Shown: positions 1 through 23,073, counted from the first letter of the stretch. The stretch is DNA of 64,000 bases from an uncultured Gemmatimonadales bacterium (GCA_963741945.1 CAVUKA010000001.1:704001-768000), one strand, 5' to 3'. The notes: generated from the letters alone by a model not told the origin. Made by a program: numbers and translations.

Positions 1-322
1 CGCGCAGCTCCCGGCCCACGGGCCCGAAGATGCGGGTCGCGCGCGGCTCACCGGCGTCGTTGATGATCACGGCCGCGTTGTCGTCGAATCGGATGTAGCT
101 GCCATCCTTGCGACGCGTCTCCTTAGCCGTTCGCACCACCACTGCCTTCGCCACTTCCCCCTTCTTCACCGTGCCATCGGGGAGCGCGTCCTTGACGGCC
201 ACCACGATGATATCGCCCACGCGGGCGTAACGCCGACGCGAGCCGCCGAGCACGCGAATGCACTTCGCCTGCTTGGCGCCGCTGTTGTCGGCGATCCGGA
301 CCATCGATTCCTGCTGGATCAT
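1..322 (-). CDS. rplN: 50S ribosomal protein L14 (3' end outside window)
   Basis: Manual translation [28 protein letters not shown]...[10 protein letters not shown]; follows rpsQ. Confidence 0.97.
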   Translation of the reverse strand, partial: MIQQESMVRIADNSGAKQAKCIRVLGGSRRRYARVGDIIVVAVKDALPDGTVKKGEVAKAVVVRTAKETRRKDGSYIRFDDNAAVIINDAGEPRATRIFGPVGRELR

Positions 323-329
323 CGTCGCC

Positions 330-593
330 TCACTCCGCCCGCATCAGGATCTCGACCACCCGCCAGCGCTTGGTCTTCGAGAGCGGCCGCGTCTCCATGA
401 TCCGCACCCTGTCCCCCATGCGGGTCTCGTTGGCCTCGTCGTGGGCTTTGAACTTCTTCGTCCTCAGGACCTGCTTCCCGTAGATCGGGTGCGCGCTGCG
501 ACGCTCCACGGCCACCACGACCGTCTTGTCCATCCGGTCGCTGACCACCACCCCGATCCGGGTCTTCCGGTTGTTGCGAATGTTCTCCGCCAT
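330..593 (-). CDS. rpsQ: 30S ribosomal protein S17
   Basis: [14 protein letters not shown]...[12 protein letters not shown]10 operon order. Confidence 0.98.
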   Translation of the reverse strand: MAENIRNNRKTRIGVVVSDRMDKTVVVAVERRSAHPIYGKQVLRTKKFKAHDEANETRMGDRVRIMETRPLSKTKRWRVVEILMRAE

Positions 594-594
594 C

Positions 595-798
595 TCAGCC
601 CCCCGCCTGCTCGAGCTCGCGCTCCCGCAGGATCGTTTTCATGCGCGCGATGTCCCGCCGGAGCGTGCGCACGAGCATCGGATTCTCCAGCAGCTGCGTG
701 GCACTGCGGAAGCGCAGGCGGAACAGCTCCTCCTGGGCTTCCGCGATCTTCTGCTCGATATCGGGATCCGCCAGATCCCGGAGCTCTTCCGGCCTCAC
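595..798 (-). CDS. rpmC: 50S ribosomal protein L29
   Basis: ELFRLRF...RRDIARMKT; synteny. Confidence 0.97.
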   Translation of the reverse strand: MRPEELRDLADPDIEQKIAEAQEELFRLRFRSATQLLENPMLVRTLRRDIARMKTILRERELEQAGG

Positions 799-1220
799 CC
801 TTCACCTCCGTGTTGCGCGCGGATCACGAACCGGCTCTTCACGGGCAGCTTGGCCGCGGCCAGCTCGAACGCGCGGCGCGCCACGGTCTCCGGCACACCC
901 TCCAGCTCGAACATCATCCGCCCCGGCTTCACCACCGCCACCCAGTACTCCGGGTTCCCCTTCCCCTTCCCCATCCGCGTCTCCGCCGGCTTCTTCGTCA
1001 CCGGCTTGTCGGGGAAGATGCGGATCCAGACCTTGCCGCCCCGCTTGATGTGGCGCGTCATCGCCACACGGGCCGCCTCGATCTGCCGGTTCGTCACCCA
1101 GCCGGGCTCCAGGGTCTGCAGGCCATAGTCGCCGAACGCGACCGTGTTCCCGCGGTGGGCCATCCCGCGCGTCCGGCCCTTCATCTGCTTCCGGTACTTG
1201 ACTCTCTTCGGCGCCAGCAT
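795..1220 (-). CDS. rplP: 50S ribosomal protein L16
   Basis: [12 protein letters not shown]...RMGKGKG. Confidence 0.98.
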   Translation of the reverse strand: MLAPKRVKYRKQMKGRTRGMAHRGNTVAFGDYGLQTLEPGWVTNRQIEAARVAMTRHIKRGGKVWIRIFPDKPVTKKPAETRMGKGKGNPEYWVAVVKPGRMMFELEGVPETVARRAFELAAAKLPVKSRFVIRAQHGGEG

Positions 1221-1240
1221 CTCGCTACCTCAGCCCTTCC

Positions 1241-1897
1241 TCAAGCCGTCGAATACGTGCGACCACGCGGCGTCTCCATCACTTCACCCTTGAAGATCCA
1301 GACCTTCACGCCGATGGTCCCGTACGTTGTCTTCGCCGTCGACTGGGCGTAGTCGATGTCGGCCCGGAGCGTGTGCAGCGGCACGCGCCCCTCGTGATAC
1401 CCCTCCGAGCGCGCGATCTCGGCCCCGCCCAGACGGCCGCCGCACTGGATCTTGATCCCCTCCGCGCCGCTCCGCATGGCGCTCTGCACCGCCCGCTTCA
1501 TGGCCCGGCGGAAGCTGATCCGCTGCGTCAGCTGGTGCGCCACGTTGTCCGCCACCAGCTGGGCGTCGATCTCCGGCCGCTTGATCTCCTCCACGTTGAT
1601 GGAGACCTCGCTCTTGGTCAGGTGCGCCAGCTCGTCGCGCAGCTTGTCCACCTCGCTGCCCTGCTTGCCGATCACCACGCCGGGCCGGGCCGTGTGCACC
1701 GTCACCACGATCTTCTGCGGCTTCCGCTCGATCTCCACTTCCGACACGGCCGCGTGCGCCAGTCGGCGGTGAAGGTACTTGCGGATCGTCTCGTCTTCCC
1801 GCAGCAGCGCGCCAAAATTCCGTTCCGCGTACCAGCGGCTCTTCCACGGCTTGATCACGCCGAGGCGGAAGCCCCGGGGGTGTGTCTTCTGACCCAT
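1241..1897 (-). CDS. rpsC: 30S ribosomal protein S3
   Basis: Start reset to [27 protein letters not shown]. Confidence 0.98.
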   Translation of the reverse strand: MGQKTHPRGFRLGVIKPWKSRWYAERNFGALLREDETIRKYLHRRLAHAAVSEVEIERKPQKIVVTVHTARPGVVIGKQGSEVDKLRDELAHLTKSEVSINVEEIKRPEIDAQLVADNVAHQLTQRISFRRAMKRAVQSAMRSGAEGIKIQCGGRLGGAEIARSEGYHEGRVPLHTLRADIDYAQSTAKTTYGTIGVKVWIFKGEVMETPRGRTYSTA

Positions 1898-1899
1898 CC

Positions 1900-2250
1900 T
1901 TACTCCTTCGTGTCCACGACGACGGTCACGTGCGCGGTAGGCCGTCGGATCGGCGCCGGCCGCCCCATGGCCGCCGCTCTCCACCGCTTGTAGTATGGCC
2001 CCTCGTCCACGAACGCCTCTTTCACGTACAACTCGTCCACGTCCACGAGCTCGCCCGCCACCTCCGCCTTGTGCCGCGCGTTCGCCACTGCGCTGCGCAG
2101 CGTCTTGTCGATCGCCGTCGCCGCCCGCTTCTTCGTGAACTGAAGCATTGCGTACGCGTCGTTCACGCTGCGGCCGCGGATCAGGTCCACCACCAGCCGC
2201 ATCTTCTGCGGGCTCTGCCGGATATCCCGGGAAATCGCCTTCGCTTCCAT
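1900..2250 (-). CDS. rplV: 50S ribosomal protein L22
   Basis: [26 protein letters not shown]; synteny. Confidence 0.97.
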   Translation of the reverse strand: MEAKAISRDIRQSPQKMRLVVDLIRGRSVNDAYAMLQFTKKRAATAIDKTLRSAVANARHKAEVAGELVDVDELYVKEAFVDEGPYYKRWRAAAMGRPAPIRRPTAHVTVVVDTKE

Positions 2251-2534
2251 CACATCCTCGACCGCTTGTCGGCCAGCTTCCCGCCATGACCGCGGAACAG
2301 CCGGGTCGGCGCGAACTCGCCGAGCTTGTGTCCGACCATGTTCTCCGTGATGTAGACCGGGATGAACTTGTTCCCGTTGTGCACCGCCAGCGTGTGCCCC
2401 ACGAACTCCGGCGAGATCGTGGACGCCCGCGCCCACGTCTTCAGCACACGCTTCTGGTTGCGCGAGTTCATCTTCTCGATCTTCAGGAGAAGCTTGTCAT
2501 CGATATACGGGCCCTTCTTGATCGAACGCGACAT
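2250..2534 (-). CDS. rpsS: 30S ribosomal protein S19
   Basis: [10 protein letters not shown]...[13 protein letters not shown]. Confidence 0.98.
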   Translation of the reverse strand: MSRSIKKGPYIDDKLLLKIEKMNSRNQKRVLKTWARASTISPEFVGHTLAVHNGNKFIPVYITENMVGHKLGEFAPTRLFRGHGGKLADKRSRM

Positions 2535-2542
2535 GGCTCTCC

Positions 2543-3385
2543 TTACTTCGTCGACTTCCCGCGCTTGCGACCGCGCACAATGTACTTGCCGGAGTCCTTC
2601 TTCGGCTTCCGCGTCTTCTTCCCTTCCGGCTTCCCCCACGGCGACGTCGGCGGACGACCGCCGCTCGAGCGACCCTCGCCCCCGCCCAGCGGGTGGTCCA
2701 CCGGGTTCATCGCCACACCCCGCACCTTCGGCCGCCTGCCCCGCCAGCGCGACGCCCCCGCCTTCCCCAGCACCTGGAGCTCGTGGTCGGTGTTCCCCAC
2801 CTGTCCGATCGTGGCGATGCAGCTGCGACGCACCATCCGCACTTCCGTCGATGGCAGCCGCAGCGTGACGAACTCGCCCTCCTTCGCCATGACCTGCGCG
2901 CCCGAGCCGGCACTGCGCACCATCTGCGCGCCCTTGCCCGGCTTCATCTCCACGCAGTGGACCGTGCTGCCCAGCGGGATCTCGCCCAGCGGCAGCGCGT
3001 TCCCCAGGCGCGGGTCCGAGCCCGGCCCGCTCACGATGGTCGCACCCTGCTCCAGCCCCGTCGGGTGCAGGATGTAGCGCTTCTCGCCATCCGCGTAGTG
3101 GATCAGCGCGATGTGCGCCGTGCGGTTCGGATCGTACTCGATCTCCGCCACGCGCCCGGGCACCCCGTGCTTGTCCCGCTTGAAGTCGATCTTGCGGTAG
3201 CGGCGCTTGTGGCCCCCGCCCCGCCGGCGCATGGTGATATGGCCGTGATGGTTGCGCCCGCCCTTCTTGCGCACGGGCTCCGTCAGCGACCGCTCGGGCT
3301 CGCTCCGGGTGATCACGTCGCCGGTGGCGGTGACGGACCGGAAGCGTGTGCCGGGCGTGATCGCCTTGAACTTCTTGATCGGCAT
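2543..3385 (-). CDS. rplB: 50S ribosomal protein L2
   Basis: EYDPNRTA...[17 protein letters not shown]. Confidence 0.99.
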   Translation of the reverse strand: MPIKKFKAITPGTRFRSVTATGDVITRSEPERSLTEPVRKKGGRNHHGHITMRRRGGGHKRRYRKIDFKRDKHGVPGRVAEIEYDPNRTAHIALIHYADGEKRYILHPTGLEQGATIVSGPGSDPRLGNALPLGEIPLGSTVHCVEMKPGKGAQMVRSAGSGAQVMAKEGEFVTLRLPSTEVRMVRRSCIATIGQVGNTDHELQVLGKAGASRWRGRRPKVRGVAMNPVDHPLGGGEGRSSGGRPPTSPWGKPEGKKTRKPKKDSGKYIVRGRKRGKSTK

Positions 3386-3675
3386 CAGATCCCCTCGTAC
3401 ACGTCGATGCGCTCGCCCTCGGCGAGCTTCACGATCGCCTTCTTGAAGCCGGCCCGGCGGCCCACGTTCCGGCCGACGCGCCGCGTCTTGCCCCGATACC
3501 GCATGGTGCGCACGGACTTCACTTTCACATCGAACAGCTGCTCGACGGCGTGGCGGATGTCGATCTTGTTCGCATCCGTGGCCACGATGAAGGTGAACGC
3601 ATCCTGCTCATCGGCCATGATGGTGCTGCGCTCTGTCACGACCGGGCGGATGATCACGTCGCGGGCCTCACGCAT
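3385..3675 (-). CDS. rplW: 50S ribosomal protein L23
   Basis: [17 protein letters not shown]...KKAIVKL. Confidence 0.97.
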   Translation of the reverse strand: MREARDVIIRPVVTERSTIMADEQDAFTFIVATDANKIDIRHAVEQLFDVKVKSVRTMRYRGKTRRVGRNVGRRAGFKKAIVKLAEGERIDVYEGI

Positions 3676-4294
3676 GGGCCACCTCCCCGGCGCGCTCCAG
3701 CGCCCCATCCTCGATGATCACCGTGTCGGCCCAGAGCACGTCGTAGGTGGTCTCCTCGCCGAACGGAGCCACCTGCACCCCCTGGAGATTGCGCACGGAC
3801 TTCCAGATCGTGGGCTTGTGGCCGTCCGTCAGGAGCAGGACGTTGCCCAGGATCTCGGCGCCGCCGAGCATGCCGACGATGACTTTCGTCTTCGGTGCGT
3901 CCAGGTCCAGCGCCTGGACCACGAGCAGCCGTCCATCCAGTGCCCGCGCGTTGAACGCGGAGCGCCGCGCCAGCCACTTCAGCTTCTTCGGCACGGTCTC
4001 CTTGTAGTTCCGCCCGGGCCGTGGGCCGAACACGTTGCCGCCGCCGCGCCACTGGGCCGCGCGAATGCTCCCCTGGCGAGCTCGGCCGGTGCCCTTCTGG
4101 CGCCACGGCTTGTGGTTCCCGCCGCTCACGGCCGCGCGGGTCTTGGTGGACGCGGTGGCCTGGCGCTGATTGGCCAGATACGCCTTCACCGCCTGCCACA
4201 TCGCCGGCTCGTGGACCACGCCGTCGAACAGCGATTCGGGAAGATCCCGCTCGCCCTCGCGCGCGCCCTCGATGGTGATGATCGGTGCCTTCAT
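3668..4294 (-). CDS. rplD: 50S ribosomal protein L4
   Basis: [15 protein letters not shown]...WRGGG. Confidence 0.98.
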   Translation of the reverse strand: MKAPIITIEGAREGERDLPESLFDGVVHEPAMWQAVKAYLANQRQATASTKTRAAVSGGNHKPWRQKGTGRARQGSIRAAQWRGGGNVFGPRPGRNYKETVPKKLKWLARRSAFNARALDGRLLVVQALDLDAPKTKVIVGMLGGAEILGNVLLLTDGHKPTIWKSVRNLQGVQVAPFGEETTYDVLWADTVIIEDGALERAGEVAHA

Positions 4295-4315
4295 CCTCGT
4301 TTGCTCCCGTCCCGC

Positions 4316-4936
4316 TTACTGCACACGGATCAGCACCGTGGCGTTCTTCGCCCCCGGCACCGAACCGCGCAGAAAGATCAGGTTGCGTTCCGCGTCCACG
4401 CGCTCCACCCGCAGGTTCCGGATGGTGTGCCGCGCGTTGCCCATCTGACCGGGCAGCTTCTTCCCCTTGATGACGCGCGACGGATTCGTCCCTGGCCCGA
4501 TGGAGCCCGGGTTGCGCGACATCGGGTGGCCGTGGCCGCCGGGACGGCCACCGAAGCCGTGCCGCTTGACCACGCCCTGGAAGCCGCGACCCTTCGTGGT
4601 CCCGGTCACCTTGACCCGCTGCCCCACCTCGAACTGCTCGACCGTCATTTCCTGACCGGCCTCGTAGCCGCTGGCGTCCTCCACCCGGAACTCGCGCAGC
4701 ACCACCGGTGCCGCGTCCAGCCCGGCCGTCGCGGCATGCGCCCGCGTCGCCCTGGTGGAGTGCTTCTCCTTGCGCGACTCGAACCCGAGCTGGATCGCTT
4801 CGTAGCCATCCGTCGCCTCGGTCTTCACCTGGACGACCGGGCAGGGACCCGCCTGGATCACCGTAACCGGGATCGCCGCGCCTTCCTCGTCGAACAGCTG
4901 GGTCATGCCCAGCTTGCGACCAATCAATCCAGCCAT
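4316..4936 (-). CDS. rplC: 50S ribosomal protein L3
   Basis: GRKLGMTQLF...KGRGFQGVVKRHGF. Confidence 0.98.
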   Translation of the reverse strand: MAGLIGRKLGMTQLFDEEGAAIPVTVIQAGPCPVVQVKTEATDGYEAIQLGFESRKEKHSTRATRAHAATAGLDAAPVVLREFRVEDASGYEAGQEMTVEQFEVGQRVKVTGTTKGRGFQGVVKRHGFGGRPGGHGHPMSRNPGSIGPGTNPSRVIKGKKLPGQMGNARHTIRNLRVERVDAERNLIFLRGSVPGAKNATVLIRVQ

Positions 4937-4940
4937 GACC

Positions 4941-5252
4941 TCAGTCCACCTTGATTTCGACGTCCACGCCCGCCGGAAGATCCAGCTTGGTCAGCGCGTC
5001 GATCGTCTGGGGTCGGGAGTCGAAAATGTCGATGACACGCTTGTGCGTCCGCTGCTCGAACTGCTCGCGGCTCTTCTTGTCGATGTGCGGCGAGCGCAGC
5101 ACCGTCCAGCGCTGGATACGGGTCGGCAGCGGGATCGGCCCGCTCACGCGCGCACCCGTCTTCTCCGCCGTACGAACGATATCCGACGCCGTCTGATCGA
5201 TCACCGCGTGATCGAACGCCTTCAGCCTGATCCGGATCTTGTCCTGGGCCAT
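4941..5252 (-). CDS. rpsJ: 30S ribosomal protein S10
   Basis: Start reset to [21 protein letters not shown]. Confidence 0.98.
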   Translation of the reverse strand: MAQDKIRIRLKAFDHAVIDQTASDIVRTAEKTGARVSGPIPLPTRIQRWTVLRSPHIDKKSREQFEQRTHKRVIDIFDSRPQTIDALTKLDLPAGVDVEIKVD

Positions 5253-5266
5253 TGCGTTCTCCGCCC

Positions 5267-6454
<1,188 letters not shown>

Positions 6455-6469
6455 CGCTCTTCCCCTCGC

Positions 6470-8566
<2,097 letters not shown>

Positions 8567-8763
8567 GCTCTAAAACTCGATCTCCCGATGTTCTGGTCCC
8601 CGGATTTCAGCAGTCCGCGGGCAAGGCCATACTGCCAGGCCCGCCCGCGTTCGCCGCATCGCCTCGCTACGTCCACCGAGGTTGCGACCCTTCCAGATTG
8701 TCCCTCTCCGACCGCCGCCTCACCGCTCCGGGAGACCTTCGATCCGAGAACCGACTCCTCGTT

Positions 8764-9234
8764 CTACCAGCGGTAGTGCGCGAACGCCTTGTTCGCTTCC
8801 GCCATACGGTGCGTGTCGTCCTTCCGCTTGACCGCACTCCCCTCGTTCCGGCTCGCCGACAGCAGCTCCGCGGCCAGGCGCTCCGCCATGGTCCGCTCCG
8901 TCCGCTGACGGCTGTACTGGATCAGCCAGCGCATGGCCAGCGCCGTGCGACGCTCCGGCCGCACCTCCACCGGCACCTGGTACGTCGCGCCACCCACGCG
9001 GCGGCTCTTCACTTCCACCGCCGGCTTCACGTTGGTCAGCCCCTGATCGAACACCTTGAAGGCCGGCTGTCCGGTCTTCTCCTCGATCACCCGCATGGCC
9101 TCGTAGAAGATGCCCTCTGCAATGGACTTCTTCCCGTCCACCATCAGGTTGTTGATGAACTTCGTCACCACATCGGACCCGTACTTCGGATCCGCCGGGA
9201 CAACCCGCCTGACCGCGCTCGTACGTCGGCTCAT
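8764..9234 (-). CDS. rpsG: 30S ribosomal protein S7
   Basis: [11 protein letters not shown]...[13 protein letters not shown]. Confidence 0.99.
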   Translation of the reverse strand: MSRRTSAVRRVVPADPKYGSDVVTKFINNLMVDGKKSIAEGIFYEAMRVIEEKTGQPAFKVFDQGLTNVKPAVEVKSRRVGGATYQVPVEVRPERRTALAMRWLIQYSRQRTERTMAERLAAELLSASRNEGSAVKRKDDTHRMAEANKAFAHYRW

Positions 9235-9235
9235 C

Positions 9236-9607
9236 TTACCTCGGCCTCTTCGCGCCGTACTTCGACCGGCTCTGTCGCCGGTCCTGCACTCCGCTCGCGT
9301 CCAGCGTGCCGCGGATCACGTGATAGCGCACGCCCGGAAGGTCCTTCACACGCCCACCCCGGATCAGCACGATCGAGTGCTCCTGGAGGTTGTGACCCTC
9401 ACCCGGGATGTACGCCGTAACCTCGTACCCGTTCGTGAGCCGCACACGCGCCACTTTCCGCAGCGCGGAGTTCGGCTTCTTGGGCGTCGTGGTGTACACC
9501 CGGGTGCACACGCCACGCCGCTGCGGGTTCCCCTGAAGCGCGGGCGCCTTGTCGGCCTTCCCCACCTCTTTGCGACCCTTGCGCACGAGCTGATTGATCG
9601 TCGGCAT
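9236..9607 (-). CDS. rpsL: 30S ribosomal protein S12
   Basis: Start reset to [22 protein letters not shown]. Confidence 0.99.
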   Translation of the reverse strand: MPTINQLVRKGRKEVGKADKAPALQGNPQRRGVCTRVYTTTPKKPNSALRKVARVRLTNGYEVTAYIPGEGHNLQEHSIVLIRGGRVKDLPGVRYHVIRGTLDASGVQDRRQSRSKYGAKRPR

Positions 9608-9703
9608 TCGCTTCCGTTTTCCCCGCCACTCGACTCCGATAAAAAGCGCGGGAGCCGGGGCCCCCGCCACGTCCGCCTCAATCGCAGGCCGGACAGACTT
9701 GGA

Positions 9704-9732
9704 AAGGTAAGGGGGGGTTGTGGAGGTGTCAA
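9704..9732 (-). promoter_or_regulatory. Sigma70-type promoter of the rpsL-str-S10 operon
   Basis: TTGACA (9732-9727)-N17-TACCTT (9709-9704) on the minus strand. Confidence 0.8.
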
Positions 9733-10820
9733 CACCCGGGCACTGCATTCGCGGCAAGCTCGGGCACATCCTGACCCACCTGCTCGCGCTGGTACTCAGC
9801 CTCGAGCAGTACCGGCGGAAGAGCGAGGGCCTCCGGTCGAATTTCGGGGTGGTCGTTCCGCACGATCTCCCAGGGTGTTCGTTTGCCTTTGTAGCCGTTG
9901 GGCCGGGCAAAGTTGAAGTAGTGCTGATAGATCGTACCCTTCCGGAGGAAATCCTCCAGGTCTTCGTAATGCTCCAGGTCGAACAGTTCGTCCTCGATCA
10001 GCCGGTGCAGTGACTCCACGTCGGCATTGGCATTCGGCCACCGCGGCGGCGTGTAGAGATGGCGGGCGCCGCAGGTCTTCCGGACCGTATGGACGAAGCC
10101 AAAGTCTCGCTTCTTCCGCTGGCCACCGCTGAATTCACTGCCCCGATCCGTCTGGACCGTCACCAGAGCAGGGTCGATCCCGTAGTGCTCCAGGTGGTTC
10201 AGGCACCGCTTCATCAGCAGCGAAGCGTACGTGGTCGTGAGCTGATGACCGAAGCCCAGAAAGAGCGCGCCGCTCTTCGTGTCCCGGATCGTGTACTCGT
10301 ACTTCGGCAGCCCCAGCGCCTCCATCTGCGCCCAGTAGTTCGGGATGTCCCACAGATACTTCACGTCCATCTGCAGGTGCGTGAGCGCCTTGTACTGCGC
10401 TTTCACCGCCCGAAGATCCGCCTGCTTCTCCCGCTTCTTGCGCTGCCGCCGCGTCAGCCGCCGCTCTCGAAGGATCCGGCCGATCGCACTGACTCCGGGC
10501 GTGAGCTCAAACAGATCCTTCAGCCGCTCCGGGCCGAAGCAGGGTACCGCCTCTCGCGCTGCCACGACCTTCTCCTCTTCGGCCGTCGATGTCTTGTGCG
10601 GAATCCGGTGCGGAGCTCGGCTCCCATCCTTGAGCCCTCTCGCTCCTTCGGCCTCGAATCCTCGCTTCCACTTCCGGACGGTGTTTCGGCTGCACCGGAA
10701 ATCTCGGGCGGCCGCTCGGATCCCGTGCTCCTGCGCATATCGCACCAGGTCCAGACGGAACTCCCAACGACTTGCTTCCACTTTTCCTCGCAGGCTGCTA
10801 CGGTAACTGGGCGGGTTCAT
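9729..10820 (-). CDS. IS481-like DDE transposase (HTH + integrase core)
   Basis: N-terminal HTH ([15 protein letters not shown]), SRAPH motif, D(QMDVKY)-D(QTDRGSEF)-E(DVESLH). Confidence 0.9.
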   Translation of the reverse strand: MNPPSYRSSLRGKVEASRWEFRLDLVRYAQEHGIRAAARDFRCSRNTVRKWKRGFEAEGARGLKDGSRAPHRIPHKTSTAEEEKVVAAREAVPCFGPERLKDLFELTPGVSAIGRILRERRLTRRQRKKREKQADLRAVKAQYKALTHLQMDVKYLWDIPNYWAQMEALGLPKYEYTIRDTKSGALFLGFGHQLTTTYASLLMKRCLNHLEHYGIDPALVTVQTDRGSEFSGGQRKKRDFGFVHTVRKTCGARHLYTPPRWPNANADVESLHRLIEDELFDLEHYEDLEDFLRKGTIYQHYFNFARPNGYKGKRTPWEIVRNDHPEIRPEALALPPVLLEAEYQREQVGQDVPELAANAVPGC

Positions 10821-11089
10821 GAGGCCTCCGCTGTCGGTTGGGACAGCGACCTACACCGAGCGCTAACTCGGGCAGGCCTTGTGAACCCGTTTTTTACATC
10901 TGGATCGGGTCCTCCGGCAACTCCCTCACAAAGCGTCGCCTCCCGCGCCTGCGGCGCTTCGGCGTTCGAACACCCCCGCTGTCAAACAGCTGATCCCACA
11001 CCGTCCAGAACCGCTCCCGCCCCACCACCCCAAAACACACCAGCTCCACATCGCGAGGGGGTGGGTCAATATGTGCCGGGGCTATTGCG
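9749..11089 (-). mobile_element. IS481-like insertion sequence
   Basis: Imperfect ~30-bp terminal IRs (9751-9780 GCGGCAAGCTCGGGCACATCCTGACCCACC; 11060-11089 GGTGGGTCAATATGTGCCGGGGCTATTGCG), flanked by the 12-bp direct repeat CGGGCACTGCAT (9737-9748 and 11090-11101); exact ends +/-2 bp. Confidence 0.85.
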
Positions 11090-11166
11090 CGGGCACTGCA
11101 TCCGCTGTGTGCCGGGCCCCGGCGGCGCCTTCACCACGGCGCCGGACGCGTGTCACGCGAAGGAAC

Positions 11167-11210
11167 GGGGAACCCGCCCGGGCCGGCGAGCCGGCCCGGG
11201 CGGGTTCCCC
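11167..11210 (-). terminator. Strong hairpin downstream of rpoC
   Basis: Perfect 21-bp inverted repeat GGGGAACCCGCCCGGGCCGGC-GA-GCCGGCCCGGGCGGGTTCCCC; no clear U-tract. Confidence 0.65.
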
Positions 11211-11235
11211 CGCGTCTCCGCGTCCTTCCCGTCCG

Positions 11236-15555
<4,320 letters not shown>

Positions 15556-15570
15556 TCAGTCTTCCCCCTT

Positions 15571-19773
<4,203 letters not shown>

Positions 19774-20003
19774 GACGGACCCCTCCTCAAGCACTCGCGG
19801 TCCGGTGCCCAAGCGCAGAAAGCCCCGGCCACCCCTTCAGGGGGGCGGGGTCGCTTGGTCGGACCAGAATTGTAGGTTTGTTCGAACCCAAGAGCATTAA
19901 TGCCTCGTTCGCAGCCGAAGGACCGGTGCCGTGCGTCGTCCCGCGAAGGCGGATCGAGCGGCGTCGGCCACCACCCGATCCGCCCGGGAACTTGCAGGCC
20001 GGC

Positions 20004-20375
20004 CTACTTCAACTCGACCGTGGCGCCCTGCTCCTCCAGCTTCGCCTTGATCTGCTCGGCCTCGTCCTTCGAGACGGCTTCCTTCACCGTGCTCGGCGCG
20101 CCGTCCACCAGATCCTTGGCTTCCTTCAGTCCCAGGCTCGTGACCTCACGGACCACCTTGATCACCTGGATCTTCTTCCCGCCGATCTCCTTCAGGACGA
20201 CGTCGAACTCGTCCTTCTCCTCGGCCACCTCCGCCGGAGCCCCGGCGGGGGCCGCCGCCGGCGCCGCCATCATGGCGGTCACGCCGAACTTCTCCTTGAA
20301 CGCGTCGACGAACTCCGCCAGCTCCATGACGGTCATGTTGCCGATGGCGTCGAGCAGCTCTTCCTTGTTGGCCAT
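20004..20375 (-). CDS. rplL: 50S ribosomal protein L7/L12
   Basis: [23 protein letters not shown]. Confidence 0.98.
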   Translation of the reverse strand: MANKEELLDAIGNMTVMELAEFVDAFKEKFGVTAMMAAPAAAPAGAPAEVAEEKDEFDVVLKEIGGKKIQVIKVVREVTSLGLKEAKDLVDGAPSTVKEAVSKDEAEQIKAKLEEQGATVELK

Positions 20376-20397
20376 GTTCCTTCTTCCCGTTCCTAGG

Positions 20398-20928
20398 TTA
20401 AGCGCCTTCCCGCTCGGCGCGTAGCGCCTCGAGCAGACCCACCATTTCGCTCAACTTCCCCTGCATGAGGAAGACGAGCTGTGACAGCGGGGCCTGCATG
20501 GCGCCCGCCAGTTCCGCCAGGAGCACATCCCGCGGCGGCAGCTTGGCCAGACGCCCCACCTGCTCGGCGCTCACCCGCTGCCGTTCGACCACGCCGACCT
20601 TCACGGACGGGCGATCGTCGTTCTCCTTCGCGAAGTCGTTCAGCACCCGCGCCGCGACCACGGCGTCCTCGACGCCGATCACCACGCCCGTCGGGCCCTG
20701 GAAGAACTCCGCGATGTCCGGCACCTCGAGCCCCGCCAGGGCCCGCAGCGCCAACGTATTCTTCACCACGAGGTACTCCACGCCCTCCGCCCGCATGCGG
20801 GCGCGGAGCGTCGTCATCTTCTTGACGTTGAGCCCCGTGAAGTCTGTCAGGTAGAAGGCCTTGGCCGCGTCCAGCTTGCCGGCCAGCTCCTCCACCACCG
20901 CCTGCTTCCGTTCCGTTGCGCTGCTCAT
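20398..20928 (-). CDS. rplJ: 50S ribosomal protein L10
   Basis: VVKNTL motif; lies between rplA and rplL. Confidence 0.97.
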   Translation of the reverse strand: MSSATERKQAVVEELAGKLDAAKAFYLTDFTGLNVKKMTTLRARMRAEGVEYLVVKNTLALRALAGLEVPDIAEFFQGPTGVVIGVEDAVVAARVLNDFAKENDDRPSVKVGVVERQRVSAEQVGRLAKLPPRDVLLAELAGAMQAPLSQLVFLMQGKLSEMVGLLEALRAEREGA

Positions 20929-21629
20929 GCCGCCACCCGCCGATAGAGGTTCGGGTCGATTCCCACGCCCGGCCCCATGGTGCTCGAGACGGTCACGCTG
21001 CGGACGTAGGCGCCCTTCGCCGCTGCCGGCTTCGCGCGCTGGATCACGTCCATGACCGCGCCCATGTTCTCCGCCAGCTGCTCGATGCTGAACGACACCT
21101 TCCCGATCGGGATGTGGACGTTGCCGGTCCGGTCCACGCGAAACTCGATCTTCCCCGCCTTGATCTCACGGACCGCCTTCCCCACGTCCATGGTCACCGT
21201 GCCCGCCTTCGGCGTCGGCATCAGACCACGCGGCCCGAGCACCCGGCCCAGCTGCCCCACCTGCCCCATCACGTTCGGCGCCGCGACCACCACGTCGAAG
21301 TCGAGCCAGCCCTCCTTGATCCGCTCGACGTGCTCCATCCCGACGTAGTCCGCGCCCGCCGCGTTCGCGGCCTCCGCCTGCGCGCCCTCCGCCAGAACCA
21401 GCACGCGCACGGTCTTGCCCGTGCCGTGCGGGAGCACCACCGTGCCCCGGACGATCTGGTCCGCGTGCCGCGGATCCACACCCAGGCGCACCGAGACCTC
21501 CACGGTCTCGTCGAACTTCGCGAACGCGTTCTCCTTCACCAGCTCCAGCGCTCGCGCCGGCTCCTCGAACTTGATCCCCTTCGGCAGGAGCGATGCCGCG
21601 CGCCGATACTGCTTCCCATGCTTTGGCAT
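20925..21629 (-). CDS. rplA: 50S ribosomal protein L1
   Basis: [15 protein letters not shown]...SSTMGPG. Confidence 0.98.
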   Translation of the reverse strand: MPKHGKQYRRAASLLPKGIKFEEPARALELVKENAFAKFDETVEVSVRLGVDPRHADQIVRGTVVLPHGTGKTVRVLVLAEGAQAEAANAAGADYVGMEHVERIKEGWLDFDVVVAAPNVMGQVGQLGRVLGPRGLMPTPKAGTVTMDVGKAVREIKAGKIEFRVDRTGNVHIPIGKVSFSIEQLAENMGAVMDVIQRAKPAAAKGAYVRSVTVSSTMGPGVGIDPNLYRRVAA

Positions 21630-22054
21630 CAGTCCACCACCGTCAGGCCCATGGAACGTGCGGTTCCCTCGATCATCCGCATCGCGCTCTCCACGCTCGC
21701 CGCGTTCAGGTCCGGCATCTTCAGCGTGGCGATCTCCCGCACCTGCGATCGCTTCACCAGCCCCACCTTGTCCCGCTGCGGGACCGCCGAACCCTTCGCC
21801 ACTTTCGCTGCCTGCCGGAGCAGGAACGCCGCGGGCGGGGTCTTCGTGATGAAGCTGAACGACCGGTCCGCGAACACCGTGATCTCCACGGGAATGACGG
21901 TCCCGGCCTGCTGCTGCGTGCGGGCGTTGAACTGCTTGCAGAACTCCATGATGTTCACACCGTGCTGGCCCAGGGCGGGCCCCACGGGCGGCGCAGGATT
22001 CGCCTGCGCCCCTGGAATCTGCAGCTTTATGAATCCGATCTGCTTCTTGGCCAT
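21629..22054 (-). CDS. rplK: 50S ribosomal protein L11
   Basis: [23 protein letters not shown]. Confidence 0.99.
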   Translation of the reverse strand: MAKKQIGFIKLQIPGAQANPAPPVGPALGQHGVNIMEFCKQFNARTQQQAGTVIPVEITVFADRSFSFITKTPPAAFLLRQAAKVAKGSAVPQRDKVGLVKRSQVREIATLKMPDLNAASVESAMRMIEGTARSMGLTVVD

Positions 22055-22080
22055 GTTCCGCCTCGCTCCCGTGGATGTCT

Positions 22081-22121
22081 CGGCCGTGGTTGCGCCCGGG
22101 AGCGCGAAGCTCCCACGGCCG
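22081..22121 (-). promoter_or_regulatory. Candidate L1-binding autoregulatory leader of rplK
   Basis: Minus-strand stem CGGCCGTGG/CCACGGCCG with the GTGGGAG...AACCAC pattern seen in rplK leaders. Confidence 0.5.
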
Positions 22122-22161
22122 TCCTCTCCTGCCTGCCTCCGGACGCCGCGCGTCCGGAGCC

Positions 22162-22713
22162 CTAGTATCCCTTCAGCTGCGTATAATCGAGCTCGACCGA
22201 GGTGGGGCGCCCGAAGAGGCTCACTTCCACCTTCACCTTGCCCTTGTCGTGGTAGACTTCCTGGACCGTGCCGCTGAAGTCCTTGAACGGCCCATCCGTG
22301 ACTTCCACCACCTGCTCCGCGTGGAAGGGCACCTGCTCGCGCTGCTCCTCCTCCGCCACCTCCGGCTCCGCACCCAGGATCTTCCGCATCTCGTCTTCGC
22401 GCAGCGGCTGCGGCTCCGCACCGCCGCCCACGAACTTGATCACGCCCTGGATGTTGTTGATCACGTGCATGGTGCGCTGGTTGTACAGCATCTTGACCAG
22501 CACGTACCCGGGGTAGAGGCGCCGCGTCACCTGGACGCGCTTGCCGTTGCGGATCTCCGCCACTTCCTGGGTCGGGACCAGCGCCTCCTGGATCGCCTTG
22601 TCCTCCGGCGCCTCACCCGCCTCCTCGGCGATGCGGATGTCGATCAGCTTCTTGACCTTGTTCTCGTGGCCCGAGTAGGTCTGGATGGCGTACCAGCGCG
22701 CCTCGTCGCTCAT
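22162..22713 (-). CDS. nusG: Transcription termination/antitermination factor NusG
   Basis: [18 protein letters not shown] domain GPFKDFSG...FGRPTSVEL. Confidence 0.98.
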   Translation of the reverse strand: MSDEARWYAIQTYSGHENKVKKLIDIRIAEEAGEAPEDKAIQEALVPTQEVAEIRNGKRVQVTRRLYPGYVLVKMLYNQRTMHVINNIQGVIKFVGGGAEPQPLREDEMRKILGAEPEVAEEEQREQVPFHAEQVVEVTDGPFKDFSGTVQEVYHDKGKVKVEVSLFGRPTSVELDYTQLKGY

Positions 22714-22714
22714 C

Positions 22715-22918
22715 TCACCCCGCGAACACGCTCAGGATCGCTTGCAGTACACCGCGCGCCGCCACGTCCATCACCCAGATGATGGCGGAGACGATCACCA
22801 CGAACACGAGCACGACGAACGTGGAGTTCCGCAGCTGCGGCACGTCCGGCCACGTCACCTTCTTCATCTCGTCCACCGTCTCATCAAAGAAACGACGAAC
22901 GCCGGCCATTGAAGCCAT
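22715..22918 (-). CDS. secE: Preprotein translocase subunit SecE
   Basis: EMKKVTWP plus one TM helix; upstream of nusG. Confidence 0.95.
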   Translation of the reverse strand: MASMAGVRRFFDETVDEMKKVTWPDVPQLRNSTFVVLVFVVIVSAIIWVMDVAARGVLQAILSVFAG

Positions 22919-22920
22919 GG

Positions 22921-23073
22921 CTATTTCGTTTCCTTGTGAACGGTGTGGGCGTCGCACCGCGGGCAGTACTTCTTCGTCTCCTGCCGCTCGGGGTGGAGCC
23001 GCTTGTTCTTCTTCGTGTGATAGTTCCGCTCCTCGCACTTTGTGCAGGCGAGGATGATCTTGTCGCGCGGCAT
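22921..23073 (-). CDS. rpmG: 50S ribosomal protein L33, Zn-binding (C+) type; absent from the ORF track
   Basis: Manual translation [50 protein letters not shown]. Confidence 0.97.
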   Translation of the reverse strand: MPRDKIILACTKCEERNYHTKKNKRLHPERQETKKYCPRCDAHTVHKETK

